Shown here: positions 17,687 through 26,726 of the stretch, one piece after another
Numbering within the stretch: the stretch's first letter is position 1
Layout: each line of letters begins with the position of its first letter
Assembly (NCBI GenBank): GCA_015494395.1
Contig: WGBG01000011.1
Coordinates: forward strand, 1-63,361
Origin: Deltaproteobacteria bacterium
GTDB taxonomy: Bacteria > Desulfobacterota > Dissulfuribacteria > Dissulfuribacterales > QOAL01
Length of the DNA: 63,361 nucleotides
Direction: 5' to 3'
Made by a program: the position numbers and the translations under genes
The notes under the pieces: generated by a model
What the model was told of the DNA's origin: nothing
Databases searched by the model: none
What the model saw: the letters and a program-made list of their open reading frames with translations, nothing else

Positions 17687-18560
17687 AGTCCATGAAGGCT
17701 GCATTTATCGGAGAAAGGGTCCTGTTCTTCTTTGTTACCATGTAAAAATTCCTTTTTATCTCAATTCCCCTTACTGGAACAGTATGAAGAATACCGCACT
17801 CCACATAGTCCTGAACAGCCCTTTTGGAAATAAAGGCACTCCCCAGTCCAGCCTTAACCCCCTGCCTCACCGCCTCGGTACTGCCCATTTCAATCACTAT
17901 ATTCAACTGGTCCAATGAAATACCGTATTGGGCAAGTGCCCTTTCAATGGTAAGGCGGGTTCCGGACCCCTTCTCCCTCACAATCAACGGCTGATTCAGA
18001 AACTCCTCAATTTCAATCTGACTTTTACCAGCAAGGGGACTGTCGTTGGCAATGACAAAGGTCAGTTCGTCACTGAAACATGGCTCAAAATCAAGCTTTT
18101 TCCTTTCCATGGATGCACCAACAACACCAAGCTCTATCTGCCCACCCAAGACATCCTCAACAACACTCCTGGTATCAGCAATTATAAGTTTAATATCCAC
18201 CATGGGGCGATGTTTTCTGAACTGGCCAAGAATGGCCGGAAGGAGATACTGCCCGGGAATATTGCTGGCACCAACCTCCAAAACCCCGCGTCCTTCTCCA
18301 ACCAGGCCTGATATACTCTCTTCAGCCTGACGGTTAAGCCGAAGAATCTTCTGAACAAAGGGATAGAGGACCTCACCTGCGGCAGTTGGGATCACCTCTC
18401 TGGACGAACGATCAAAGAGCCGTACCCCAAGCTGCTCTTCAAGGGCCTTCAGGTGTGCGCTTACCGTAGGCTGAGTCAGGTATATTGCCTCGGCAGCCTG
18501 ACTCAGGCTCCTCTTGTCCCATACGGCAATAAACACCTGTAACTGTCTGAAATCAAGCAT
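17637..18560 (-). CDS. LysR-family transcriptional regulator
   Basis: HTH LSQAAEAIYLTQPTVSAHLKALEEQLGVRLFDR plus a LysR substrate-binding-type C-terminal region. The 3' end overlaps the convergent Mo-enzyme gene by 50 nt. Confidence 0.85.
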   Translation of the reverse strand: MLDFRQLQVFIAVWDKRSLSQAAEAIYLTQPTVSAHLKALEEQLGVRLFDRSSREVIPTAAGEVLYPFVQKILRLNRQAEESISGLVGEGRGVLEVGASNIPGQYLLPAILGQFRKHRPMVDIKLIIADTRSVVEDVLGGQIELGVVGASMERKKLDFEPCFSDELTFVIANDSPLAGKSQIEIEEFLNQPLIVREKGSGTRLTIERALAQYGISLDQLNIVIEMGSTEAVRQGVKAGLGSAFISKRAVQDYVECGILHTVPVRGIEIKRNFYMVTKKNRTLSPINAAFMDFIRKKSVAVEDSLLRP

Positions 18561-18587
18561 TTTTTAAAAACTGGCACAAAAAAACAA

Positions 18588-18820
18588 AGTATCTATTCAG
18601 CGTGTAAATGGTCTTGTTTTGGAGTGACTTTGAACAATTTCGTAGTTTTTCTTGGCGAAGCGAAGCCACACAAATCGCTTCTGTCTGAACGAGGGACGAG
18701 CGAGTTTCGCGATTTTGGCGGAGCGAGCCTTAGAGAAACAAAAAATTGTTCACCGGAACGGAAAAACAAGACCATTTACCTACCTTTATTAACATAACAT
18801 AATTACGCTGAACAGTAACA
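18588..18820 (+). mobile_element. Family-A MITE-like element, copy A1 (long form)
   Basis: Left end aGTATCTATTCAGCGTGTAAATGGTCTTGTTTT. Inner inverted repeat AAAACAAGACCATTTA. Right end CGCTGAACAGTAACA. Flanked by the direct repeat AAACAA (18582-18587 and 18821-18826). Confidence 0.8.
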
Positions 18821-18911
18821 AAACAAGTTGATTTATTGTCAGATTTGCTACATTTCCTTGCAGTTTCAGTTAAACTGCTTATCGTCTCATAAGAGCATAA
18901 ATTCACCTATA

Positions 18912-18930
18912 TTGAAACGCTCAATCCAGG
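18912..18930. repeat. Solo right terminus of a family-B element (TTGAAACGCTCAATCCAGG)
   Basis: Matches the right end of B1 and B3. No partner left end lies within about 120 bp upstream. Confidence 0.6.
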
Positions 18931-19015
18931 TATCAAAAACTTTGTGCCTACATATTCACCAAATGAACAATCCATATAAAAATACGCTCTTGCAGTTAAA
19001 AATTGGAGGCATTCA

Positions 19016-20353
19016 ATGACCGATACTAATACCAAAAATCCTTCTCCGGAAGAAGAGCTGCTCACATTAAAAGAGGTAATTGCAATGGGGGTGGGAGGAA
19101 TGGTAGGAGGGGGAATTTTTTCGGTTCTGGGCCTCGCCATCACCCGGGCAGGACACGCCGCACCCGTTGCATTTGCCCTTGGCGGTATCGTAGCCCTGCT
19201 TACTGGCATTTCCTATGCCCGTCTTGGTGTTGCATTCCGATCGGACGGCGGTTCATTCACCTATCTGGAACATGCATTCAAACACCCCAACATATCGGGC
19301 CTTGGAGGGTGGCTGCTTCTTGTTGGGTACATTGGCACAATGGCACTGTACGCCTTTACGTTTGGTGTTTACGGCACTGCAATGCTTGGTAGCGGGCCTG
19401 AACAATCCGGCATGCATCATCTGCTTGAATCACTGGTTCTCTGTACATTCCTGGGAGTAAATTTATACGGCGTTAAGGCAAGCGGCACCAGTGAACTCAT
19501 TATTGTTACTGTGAAGATGCTAATACTGTTTCTTTTTGGCATTATAGGGATATTTTACGCCAAGCCAGACCACATATTTCCCATATTCAACCAGGGATAT
19601 GCTGGCGTTGTAATGGGAGCTGCCCTTATTTTTGTGGCTTATGAGGGCTTTGAACTCATCCCAAATGCTGCAAATGAAATGGTCGATCCGGAGCATAACC
19701 TTCACAAGGGCATTCTCTGGTCAATTTCCATCACCATCGCAGTGTACATACTTGTTTCCCTTGTAGCAGTAGGCAACCTGCTGCCAGATGAAATCATCCG
19801 TTACAAGGAATATGCACTGGCTGTTGCGGCAAAGCCGTTTCTGGGACAGGCCGGTTTCCAGCTTATTGGCCTTGCTGCCCTGTTTTCTGCCTCATCTGCC
19901 ATAAACGCCACAATGTTTGGCACAGCCCGCCTTGGAATGGTAATGGCCACAGAAAAGGTCCTTCCACCGGTCTTTGCATTTCGCCGCAAGCAAAACAACA
20001 TTCCCTGGGTGAGCCTCATTGTTATTACCGCTATCACCCTGATTTTTGTTAATGTTGCAAACCTCACAATTATATCTTCCTTTGCAAGCTCAACATTTCT
20101 GCTGATCTTTGCAGCCATAAACCTCTCGGCCCTCCGTTTGCGTGACCGCATAGATGCCAGCATTGCTGTTGCACTTACTGGCCTGATCTTCACCCTGGCC
20201 TCATGGTTTACGCTAATGTACTATCTGTACACATCAAACCGTACAAGCCTTTACTGGATTGGATCAATGTATCTGGCTATCTTCCTGGCTGAGATTCTGT
20301 TCTCTCAGAGAAGATGGATTATGCGTGAGATCGAGGAGATTGAAGAGATTTAA
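19016..20353 (+). CDS. APC-superfamily amino acid permease
   Basis: 445 aa with about 12 hydrophobic segments. N-terminal GVGGMVGGGIFSVLG motif typical of amino acid/polyamine permeases. Confidence 0.8.
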   Translation: MTDTNTKNPSPEEELLTLKEVIAMGVGGMVGGGIFSVLGLAITRAGHAAPVAFALGGIVALLTGISYARLGVAFRSDGGSFTYLEHAFKHPNISGLGGWLLLVGYIGTMALYAFTFGVYGTAMLGSGPEQSGMHHLLESLVLCTFLGVNLYGVKASGTSELIIVTVKMLILFLFGIIGIFYAKPDHIFPIFNQGYAGVVMGAALIFVAYEGFELIPNAANEMVDPEHNLHKGILWSISITIAVYILVSLVAVGNLLPDEIIRYKEYALAVAAKPFLGQAGFQLIGLAALFSASSAINATMFGTARLGMVMATEKVLPPVFAFRRKQNNIPWVSLIVITAITLIFVNVANLTIISSFASSTFLLIFAAINLSALRLRDRIDASIAVALTGLIFTLASWFTLMYYLYTSNRTSLYWIGSMYLAIFLAEILFSQRRWIMREIEEIEEI

Positions 20354-20382
20354 GATAAAAAATTTAAAAAACAATAAATAAA

Positions 20383-20477
<95 letters not shown>

Positions 20478-20522
20478 GCCTGAAATCTGTTTTACTTAAG
20501 TTTTAGGTCCTGAGAAAACTCA

Positions 20523-20987
20523 TCAGGCTTTCTCTCTCTTCTGCCTGAAAAATTCCCGTATTATGCCCCTGCATTCATCAGCCAGGATACCTGGCACTAC
20601 TTCTACCTGATGATTCAACCTGGAATCCCTGACTATATCAAAAACACTGCCGCAAGCACCGGCCTTTTCATCCCATGCACCGAAGATGAGCCTTGAAATC
20701 CGGGCATGCACCATTGCCCCTGCGCACATGCAGCAAGGCTCAATAGTAACATACAATGACGCACCGGTCAGCCTGTAGTTACCTGCGTGTAAAGCCGCAT
20801 TTCTAATGGCCAAAATCTCAGCATGTGCCGTAGGATCGGCTAAAGAAACCGGAGAGTTGTGAGCCTGGGCAATCACATCTCCATATCCTGATACCACAAC
20901 TGCCCCCACAGGAACTTCCCCGGCCTCCCATGCAATCTTGGCCTGTTTAAGTGCAAGGGTCATATATTTTTCATGCCCTGCAAGCAC
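20523..20987 (-). CDS. tadA: tRNA adenosine(34) deaminase
   Basis: [10 protein letters not shown] and PCCMCAGAM zinc-binding motifs in a 154-aa protein. Confidence 0.85.
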   Translation of the reverse strand: MLAGHEKYMTLALKQAKIAWEAGEVPVGAVVVSGYGDVIAQAHNSPVSLADPTAHAEILAIRNAALHAGNYRLTGASLYVTIEPCCMCAGAMVHARISRLIFGAWDEKAGACGSVFDIVRDSRLNHQVEVVPGILADECRGIIREFFRQKREKA

Positions 20988-22119
20988 TGACTGCCCTTAT
21001 TATCTCTTCACTGTTGACATCATCTGTAATTACAGTACTGCCGATACCCTTGCACAGCACAAAGTTCACCTTTCCATCCCGTACCTTCTTGTCATGCTGT
21101 ACAAGCCTCAGTATTGAATCATCGTCTATAAAATCGGGAATTGTATCCGGGAGGTTAAATCTCTCAATAAGTAAGGAAAGGCGTTTCCTGTCATCAGGTG
21201 AGATTAGCCCACGGTTCTCTGATATTCTGGCAACTGCCACCATGCCCATTGCCACAGCCTCTCCATGTGGAATTTTGTACTCCGAAGAGGCCTCAATGGC
21301 ATGTCCAATGGTGTGGCCAAAGTTCAATATCCGCCTAAGCCCTCCTTCACGTTCATCTTCAGCCACAACCTTTGCCTTTATCTCGCATGACTGCTTTACA
21401 ATTTCCGCAGTGACATGCGGTTCCAGATTTACAACATCCCACCATTTCTCCTCAAGCATGGCAAAGAGATCTTTGCTCCAAATCATGCCGTACTTGATAA
21501 CCTCGGCAAGGCCGTTACGTAGCTCTGAAGCCGGAAGCGTGCACATTACCCCGATATCAGCATAGACTCTCAGGGGCTGGGCAAAGGTTCCCAGAAGATT
21601 CTTGCCCTCTGGGAGATCAACACCTGTCTTGCCGCCTACGGAACTGTCAACCTGGGCAAGAAGCGTGGTTGGGAGCTGGATAAAGGGAATACCACGCATA
21701 TAGATGGATGCCAGGAAACCTGCCATATCACCAGTTACACCGCCACCCAGGGCAAGTATTACCGAACCCCGGTCTGCACCGGATTGCACCATGCGTCTTG
21801 CCAGGTCCACTATGACCTCCATGCGCTTTGACTCCTCACCCGCAGGGAAAGTGAGCATGGATACTCTGTTTCCTGTATTTTCCAGGATGTTTGCAAGGTC
21901 CAGCCCTAAAAAATCCTCTACGTTTGAGTCAGTGACCAATATAAAATTCCGGCCTGGCAGAAATTCAGAAAGCATGTTGCCAAGATCAGAGAGGAGGCCA
22001 GGCCCTATAAGAATATCGTAGCTGTGATCCCCCAGCGGGACGTGAACTGTTTCCCAGACGTGTGAAATATCTTCTGGCGCAACCTTGCTGCATGCGCCAA
22101 ATGAAGGTTCTGCACTCAT
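20971..22119 (-). CDS. aroB: 3-dehydroquinate synthase
   Basis: [56 protein letters not shown], and HGEAVAMGM metal ligands. Confidence 0.9.
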   Translation of the reverse strand: MSAEPSFGACSKVAPEDISHVWETVHVPLGDHSYDILIGPGLLSDLGNMLSEFLPGRNFILVTDSNVEDFLGLDLANILENTGNRVSMLTFPAGEESKRMEVIVDLARRMVQSGADRGSVILALGGGVTGDMAGFLASIYMRGIPFIQLPTTLLAQVDSSVGGKTGVDLPEGKNLLGTFAQPLRVYADIGVMCTLPASELRNGLAEVIKYGMIWSKDLFAMLEEKWWDVVNLEPHVTAEIVKQSCEIKAKVVAEDEREGGLRRILNFGHTIGHAIEASSEYKIPHGEAVAMGMVAVARISENRGLISPDDRKRLSLLIERFNLPDTIPDFIDDDSILRLVQHDKKVRDGKVNFVLCKGIGSTVITDDVNSEEIIRAVSACRA

Positions 22120-22140
22120 GATTATCTCTCTTTCTATTCC

Positions 22141-22878
22141 TTATCGTTTTGCCATACCTACTGCTGAGACTGCTATCTCCGGGTGACGTAAATAGGCCAT
22201 TGCTGCAAGTTTTTCAATTTCATCTTCCACTTTGGCAGGTTCTGGAAGAGAATGAAGATATGGCATATCTGCTTCAAGATTTGAAATATCTTCCAATTTT
22301 ACAGTTTGAGCTATCTTGTCAGTATCAATCACATCTATATTTGAGCCCATGACATTTGAAATACTCTGCCTGTTAATATCAAGCTGACGCACAAATGACA
22401 TTATCTCATCTATTGAATATTTACCCTCAAAAAGTTTCAACTCCTCTTTAATAATGGATAACTCGTCGAGAATTTCAGATTTTAGCTCATCAACCGGCTC
22501 ATATTCATTGTAAAGCAGCCTGTAGGCATCAAACACCATGTTTACAAACCTGGACTTTTTAATCCATCCGTGGGAGTGCATCTTCTCAAGGAGTCTTTTT
22601 CTTATGGTAACGGATTCGTTGACATAGCTATCATAAAAAGGTTTTTCTTCCCAGCCTATCAATGCCATAAACCGGTCTATAATATCCTCATCCATTAACA
22701 GGGAATAGATCCTAACGAATGCCGGCCCTAACCGTTCCTCATATCTTTTATTAAGTTCGTCAATCAGATGCCTGAGGTTTGAAACATCATCCTCTATCAA
22801 TTTCTTTGAGCCAAAATAGCGTTCTGCTATTTCCTTCTTCACCTGATAGGCAAGGGCCTTGCTTATATCACTTTCCAT
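22141..22878 (-). CDS. Hypothetical protein (acidic, predicted helical)
   Basis: 245-aa ORF lying 21 nt upstream of aroB on the same strand. I recognise no family motif. Confidence 0.55.
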   Translation of the reverse strand: MESDISKALAYQVKKEIAERYFGSKKLIEDDVSNLRHLIDELNKRYEERLGPAFVRIYSLLMDEDIIDRFMALIGWEEKPFYDSYVNESVTIRKRLLEKMHSHGWIKKSRFVNMVFDAYRLLYNEYEPVDELKSEILDELSIIKEELKLFEGKYSIDEIMSFVRQLDINRQSISNVMGSNIDVIDTDKIAQTVKLEDISNLEADMPYLHSLPEPAKVEDEIEKLAAMAYLRHPEIAVSAVGMAKR

Positions 22879-22884
22879 GGTTCT

Positions 22885-23107
22885 TTACCTGAATTTTTTG
22901 TCTTAATAAGGTTGTTAAATGGTCTTGTTTTTCCGTTCCGGTGAACAATTTCTTGTTTTTCTAAGGCTTGCTCCGCCAAAATCGCGAAACTCACTCGTCC
23001 CTCGCTCAGACAGACGAGATTTTTGTGGCTCCGCTTCGCCAAGAAAAACTACGAAATTGTTCAAAGTCACTGCAAAACAAGACCATTTACCACACAGAAT
23101 AGATACA
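22885..23107 (-). mobile_element. Family-A MITE-like element, copy A2 (long form, inverted relative to A1; distal arm degenerate)
   Basis: The core 22916-23088 (TAAATGGTCTTGTTTTT...AAAACAAGACCATTTA) is colinear with the reverse complement of A1. The terminus is CCACACAGAATAGATACa. A truncated extra left end, TATCTATTCAGCGTGGTAAA, follows at 23110-23129. Confidence 0.7.
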
Positions 23108-23257
23108 AAATATCTATTCAGCGTGGTAAAGGCTTCTTGCAACCTTCCTTCTTCAAGCTCCCTGCAACAAAGCAAATGCCGCTTGTCCATGGGTAGCTGC
23201 TAAAAAACATTTAAATTTTTTTTGCCACACCCGATAAGTATTAATAAAGTACTGAAA

Positions 23258-23358
23258 TCTGGATTGAGCGTTTCAAAATCTCGAAAAATATTTTTTTAAC
23301 GAAATTAAAAGGAGTTATGGCAATTATAGCTTTCCAGTTTTGAAACGCTCAATCCAGG
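23258..23358 (+). mobile_element. Family-B MITE-like element, copy B1 (short form, 101 bp)
   Basis: TIRs TCTGGATTGAGCG / CGCTCAATCCAGG, extended by TTTCAAAA / TTTTGAAA. Perfect 5-bp direct repeat TGAAA at 23253-23257 and 23359-23363. Confidence 0.8.
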
Positions 23359-23484
23359 TGAAATATACTCATTGAAGTTGCTTCGAAATCCCGTACAAAA
23401 CAGGCCATCTTTTCATTTTAATCATAAAGACAGTTATGGCAAAGAAATTGCATAATTAAAAATATTTCCTTACAGGAGGATATA

Positions 23485-24393
23485 ATGTCAAGCTACAAAA
23501 TTTCGCTATTGATTACTACAACTATCGCACTCTTTATGCTTTGCGCCTGCGGCCAGAAAGTTACAGAGCCGGTTCCACCAATCGTTACAACTACCGGGCC
23601 TGTGGACCACAAGGCTGATCTGGTTCTTCTGCCACTGACTGATTACAGTAATGGCGATACTGTTGACTCTCCGCTTCACAGGCAGGTCAAGGTACGGGAA
23701 GCCCTTACATACAGGCTGATTCAGCATGGATATTACCTGCCGGTTCTTGAAGATGTAACCCAGTACCTTACTGAACATAACATAACTATTGAAAGCCCTA
23801 ATGCAAACATAAAGGACGGTGCACGCCAGTCACTTGAACGGGAGATGGCCTCGGGATGGTCAGCCAAGATGCAGGACAAGATTAATTCAATAGTTTCAAC
23901 AAATGACCAGGCAAATAACTACGCCTCTGGAAAATACAGGTGGCGCGGATTGAGTCCCGGCGTTTTAAAGGGAATTGGGCATCATTTTGATGTTGATTAT
24001 GTGCTCAGGGGACGAATTATCGAGTCACGTATTTCAGATAATGAAAATGCCGTATTTGAGCTGGCACTCGCCCTCCAGGAAGTTAACAGCGGAAAAATAG
24101 TTTGGGCTAACAGGGCACGGGAAGAGGTATCAAGAGAATACAGCGTCTTTGATGAACAGGACGAGCGTAATCAGATGGATCTTGCCATTGAGGCGGCAGC
24201 AGACAAGCTGGTGGCTGATCTTGCAAATACCCTTGAAAAAATGCCTGTGCATAGCAACAGTTATTCCAGGGAAACAGAGGTTGCTCAGAATCCTATTCCA
24301 AAAACACCACCCTGCAATAGTGCTCCCATGATGGAAGAACCTGCTTCAAAACACGGCGTTAAGGATACAAATCCTGCAAACTGGGGTTCTTAG
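23485..24393 (+). CDS. Putative lipoprotein
   Basis: Signal peptide with a lipobox (LFMLCAC-G). A DYVLRGRI segment is reminiscent of LpoB/CsgG-type lipoproteins. The function call is weak. Confidence 0.55.
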   Translation: MSSYKISLLITTTIALFMLCACGQKVTEPVPPIVTTTGPVDHKADLVLLPLTDYSNGDTVDSPLHRQVKVREALTYRLIQHGYYLPVLEDVTQYLTEHNITIESPNANIKDGARQSLEREMASGWSAKMQDKINSIVSTNDQANNYASGKYRWRGLSPGVLKGIGHHFDVDYVLRGRIIESRISDNENAVFELALALQEVNSGKIVWANRAREEVSREYSVFDEQDERNQMDLAIEAAADKLVADLANTLEKMPVHSNSYSRETEVAQNPIPKTPPCNSAPMMEEPASKHGVKDTNPANWGS

Positions 24394-24404
24394 GGAGAAC
24401 AGGG

Positions 24405-24530
24405 CTAAGTTTTCATGACATGGAGTTTGTCACCCACCCCCTGACATGAAAGTTAGCTCAAAAATCAAAGTCGGAAGCTGACAGCAAACATGGCTTCTTT
24501 TACTTTGAGCTTTCAGCTTTGAGCTATTTT
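24405..24530 (+). repeat. Family-C structured repeat, copy C1
   Basis: It is the reverse complement of 26599-26726, differing by a 6-nt indel and a short divergent patch. The internal palindrome AGCTCAAA..TTTGAGCT/GCTGA..TCAGC is followed by ATTTTG, so it is terminator-like in both directions. Confidence 0.8.
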
Positions 24531-24546
24531 GTATTCAAAGGCTGCA

Positions 24547-25659
24547 TCATTCTTTTGATGCAGCCTCTTTATATCCTTCCACCAACTCGTCTATAAGTTC
24601 CTGCACAGAGACAATCTTGTTTACCCGCCAGACGTTTTCACCGCAGAAAACAAAGCCTGCATCAAGGTTTCCGCGCTTGGCATTTACCAGAGACATGCTT
24701 ATACAGTATGGAGTTTCGGGATAATGGCATGTGGCTATACACTTATAGACACATTTCTTTGGAATCTTCTTTCCTGAATTAATTTTGTCAAGAAATTCAC
24801 CCTTTAGTGCCCTGCCTGGCATACCAACCGGGCTTTTTATGATGGTAACGTCATCCCGGCCTGCATTAAGATATGCCTGCTTGAACTTGTCTGAAGCATC
24901 GCACTCATGGGTTGCCACAAACCTTGTGCCCATCTGCACACCTGCAGCACCCATCTTTATAAACCTGTAGATATCCTCGCCTGTATATATTCCACCTGCT
25001 GCAATTACAGGAATCGGGGCATTGTACTTCTCCCTGAATGGTTTAACAGCCTCAATAACTTCGGGCACCAGATTTTCTATCTGAAATTCGGGCTTATCAA
25101 GGTCTTCCGCATGGAATCCAAGGTGACCTCCAGCCTTTGGCCCCTCAACCACAATGGCATCAGGAAGCCTTTCAAAATGTCCCTGCCACCTGCGGCACAG
25201 AATAGTTGCTGCCCGCCCTGATGATACTATGGGAACCAGTTTGGTATTACAGCCCTCAGGAATCATGCCAGGGAGTTTGAGAGGAAGACCTGCGCCGCTG
25301 ATAATAAGGTCAGCGCCGGCACTGGCAGCAGTCTTTACCATGGTTTCATAATCCTGGAGCGCAACCATGATATTTACACCAACCACTCCGTCCGGAACGG
25401 CCTTCTTGACATTTTTTATCTGCTTTGCCAATGCCCTGTAGGTGGCTTCCTGGGGCTTGGCTGCAAAATCCTTTTCTTCAAGCCCTATAAGCACTGCAGC
25501 CAGCACACCTATGCCACCTGCCTTTGCCACTGCAGTGGCAAGGCCCTCCATGGATATTCCAACTCCCATTCCACCCTGAATTACAGGAAGACGCGCTGTT
25601 ACATCACCTATCTTCAGAGGTGGCGGCATTATATCTTTAACAGGAGATTGATTTTTCAT
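24547..25659 (-). CDS. FMN-dependent NAD(P)H oxidoreductase of the nitronate monooxygenase / FabK-like family
   Basis: LPVIQGGMGVGIS, VIAAGGIYTGEDI, GAAGVQMGTRF; TIM-barrel NMO family pattern. Confidence 0.8.
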   Translation of the reverse strand: MKNQSPVKDIMPPPLKIGDVTARLPVIQGGMGVGISMEGLATAVAKAGGIGVLAAVLIGLEEKDFAAKPQEATYRALAKQIKNVKKAVPDGVVGVNIMVALQDYETMVKTAASAGADLIISGAGLPLKLPGMIPEGCNTKLVPIVSSGRAATILCRRWQGHFERLPDAIVVEGPKAGGHLGFHAEDLDKPEFQIENLVPEVIEAVKPFREKYNAPIPVIAAGGIYTGEDIYRFIKMGAAGVQMGTRFVATHECDASDKFKQAYLNAGRDDVTIIKSPVGMPGRALKGEFLDKINSGKKIPKKCVYKCIATCHYPETPYCISMSLVNAKRGNLDAGFVFCGENVWRVNKIVSVQELIDELVEGYKEAASKE

Positions 25660-25706
25660 AATTAAAACAAAATATTACCTGATCAGTATTACTCAATCCG
25701 CATATT

Positions 25707-26582
25707 TTAATATTCTATTGGCAGCTTCTGCACCTGTGACCTGGTAAATACAGGGCCGTCATGACAGACATAAACCGGCCCTACGCTGCAGTGACCGCAT
25801 ATTCCTATGCCACATTTCATGCGATTTTCAAGGGAGAGATATACCTGATCATCGGTCCATCCAATCTCTTCAAGTGGAGGCATTGTAAATTTGATCATTA
25901 TGGGCGGTCCGCAGATGAGTGCAGCAGCATTATCCGGAGACGGGGCAACCTGGCCTGCAATGGTAGGAACAAAACCAACAAGTCCGTCCCACCCGGGGGC
26001 CTCCCGGTCAATGGTGACATGAATGTCAACATCGTCCCGTGCCTGCCACTTTTCAAGCTCATCTCTGTAGAGCAGCATACCAGGTGTCCTTGCACCGTAA
26101 ATAACGGTTATTTTTCCATAATCCTGGCGATGTTCAAGCATGTAAATAAGTGTTGCCCGAAGTGTGGTAAAGGCAAATCCGCCGGCAATAATAACTATAT
26201 TCTTGCCCTTCAGCTCTGTATCAACAGGAAAACCGTTACCCAAAGGGCCTCTTACGCCTATTCTGTCACCCTCATTCATGTTATGAAGAGCAGTGGTGAC
26301 AACTCCGGCCCTGTTAACAGTAAAGAGCAGATGGCCCTCCTCTGTGGGAGAAGAAGCAATTCCAATAGGTATCTCTCCCTTTCCTGCAAGAGAAAGCATG
26401 GCAAACTGTCCGGCTGTATGTTTCCAGGCCTCCCTGTCCGCCTTGTCTTCCAGTACAATGCGGAATGTCTTGAGATTGCCGTCTTCTGTCTCTACCTTGA
26501 TATTGTCCAGGCGAGCCGGATAAGGCCTGTATGGATTTTTTATGCTTGACATATCATTTATCTCTCTAAAATGCCGTGGCAC
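25707..26582 (-). CDS. FAD/NAD(P)-binding oxidoreductase with a C-terminal 2Fe-2S cluster (FlxA / AsrB / HydG-gamma-like)
   Basis: Ferredoxin-reductase-type layout (GQFAMLS, GPLGNGF, IIAGGFAFTTL) ending in CGIGICGHCSVGPVYVCHDG. Confidence 0.75.
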   Translation of the reverse strand: MPRHFREINDMSSIKNPYRPYPARLDNIKVETEDGNLKTFRIVLEDKADREAWKHTAGQFAMLSLAGKGEIPIGIASSPTEEGHLLFTVNRAGVVTTALHNMNEGDRIGVRGPLGNGFPVDTELKGKNIVIIAGGFAFTTLRATLIYMLEHRQDYGKITVIYGARTPGMLLYRDELEKWQARDDVDIHVTIDREAPGWDGLVGFVPTIAGQVAPSPDNAAALICGPPIMIKFTMPPLEEIGWTDDQVYLSLENRMKCGIGICGHCSVGPVYVCHDGPVFTRSQVQKLPIEY

Positions 26583-26598
26583 CGTTTAATTTTATCCG

Positions 26599-26726
26599 AA
26601 AATAGCTCAAAGCTGAAAGCTCAAGGCTAAAAGTAAAAGAAGCCATGTTTGCTTTCAGCTTCCGACTTTGAGCTTTGAGCTAACTTTAATGTCAGGGGGT
26701 GACAGACCCCATGTCATGAAAGTTTA
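26599..26726 (-). repeat. Family-C structured repeat, copy C2 (inverted relative to C1)
   Basis: See C1. Its last roughly 35 bp supply the final 11 codons (..FHDMGSVTP) and the stop codon of the FlxB-like gene. Confidence 0.8.

Noticed and set aside
18571-18587. CTGGCACAAAAAAAC next to element A1, which resembles a sigma-54 -24 box.
   Set aside because: No TTGC-type -12 element lies at the required spacing, and the orientation does not face a gene start.
18593-18775. ORFs of 60-94 aa inside family-A elements (18593..18775 -, 22919..23203 +, 22915..23190 -, 34193..34375 -, 34199..34387 +, 40200..40409 +). Two of them begin with the near-identical peptide MVLFFRSGEQF..
   Set aside because: The similarity is explained by nucleotide repetition. 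Copy A3 is frameshifted relative to A1 and A2. Copies A4 and A5 lack the segment. ORFs occur on both strands, and there is no ribosome-binding context. I treat these as non-coding element sequence.
25761-26549. Long antisense ORFs opposite well-supported genes: 25761..26549 + (262 aa), 30753..31436 + (227 aa), 20951..21565 + (204 aa), 56164..56778 + (204 aa), 3549..4121 +, 48441..48992 +, 44208..44675 - and 95..529 +.
   Set aside because: In each case the opposite strand encodes a protein with clear family motifs. The antisense translations are low-complexity (Ser/Leu/Pro/Cys-rich) with no recognisable motif. These are shadow ORFs.
24405-26726. Short repeated words (AGCTCAAAGCTGAAAGCTCAA and similar) that might have been a CRISPR-like array.
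   Set aside because: There are only two units, they are inverted relative to each other and 2 kb apart, and each is internally palindromic. There are no regularly spaced direct repeats or spacers anywhere in the window.
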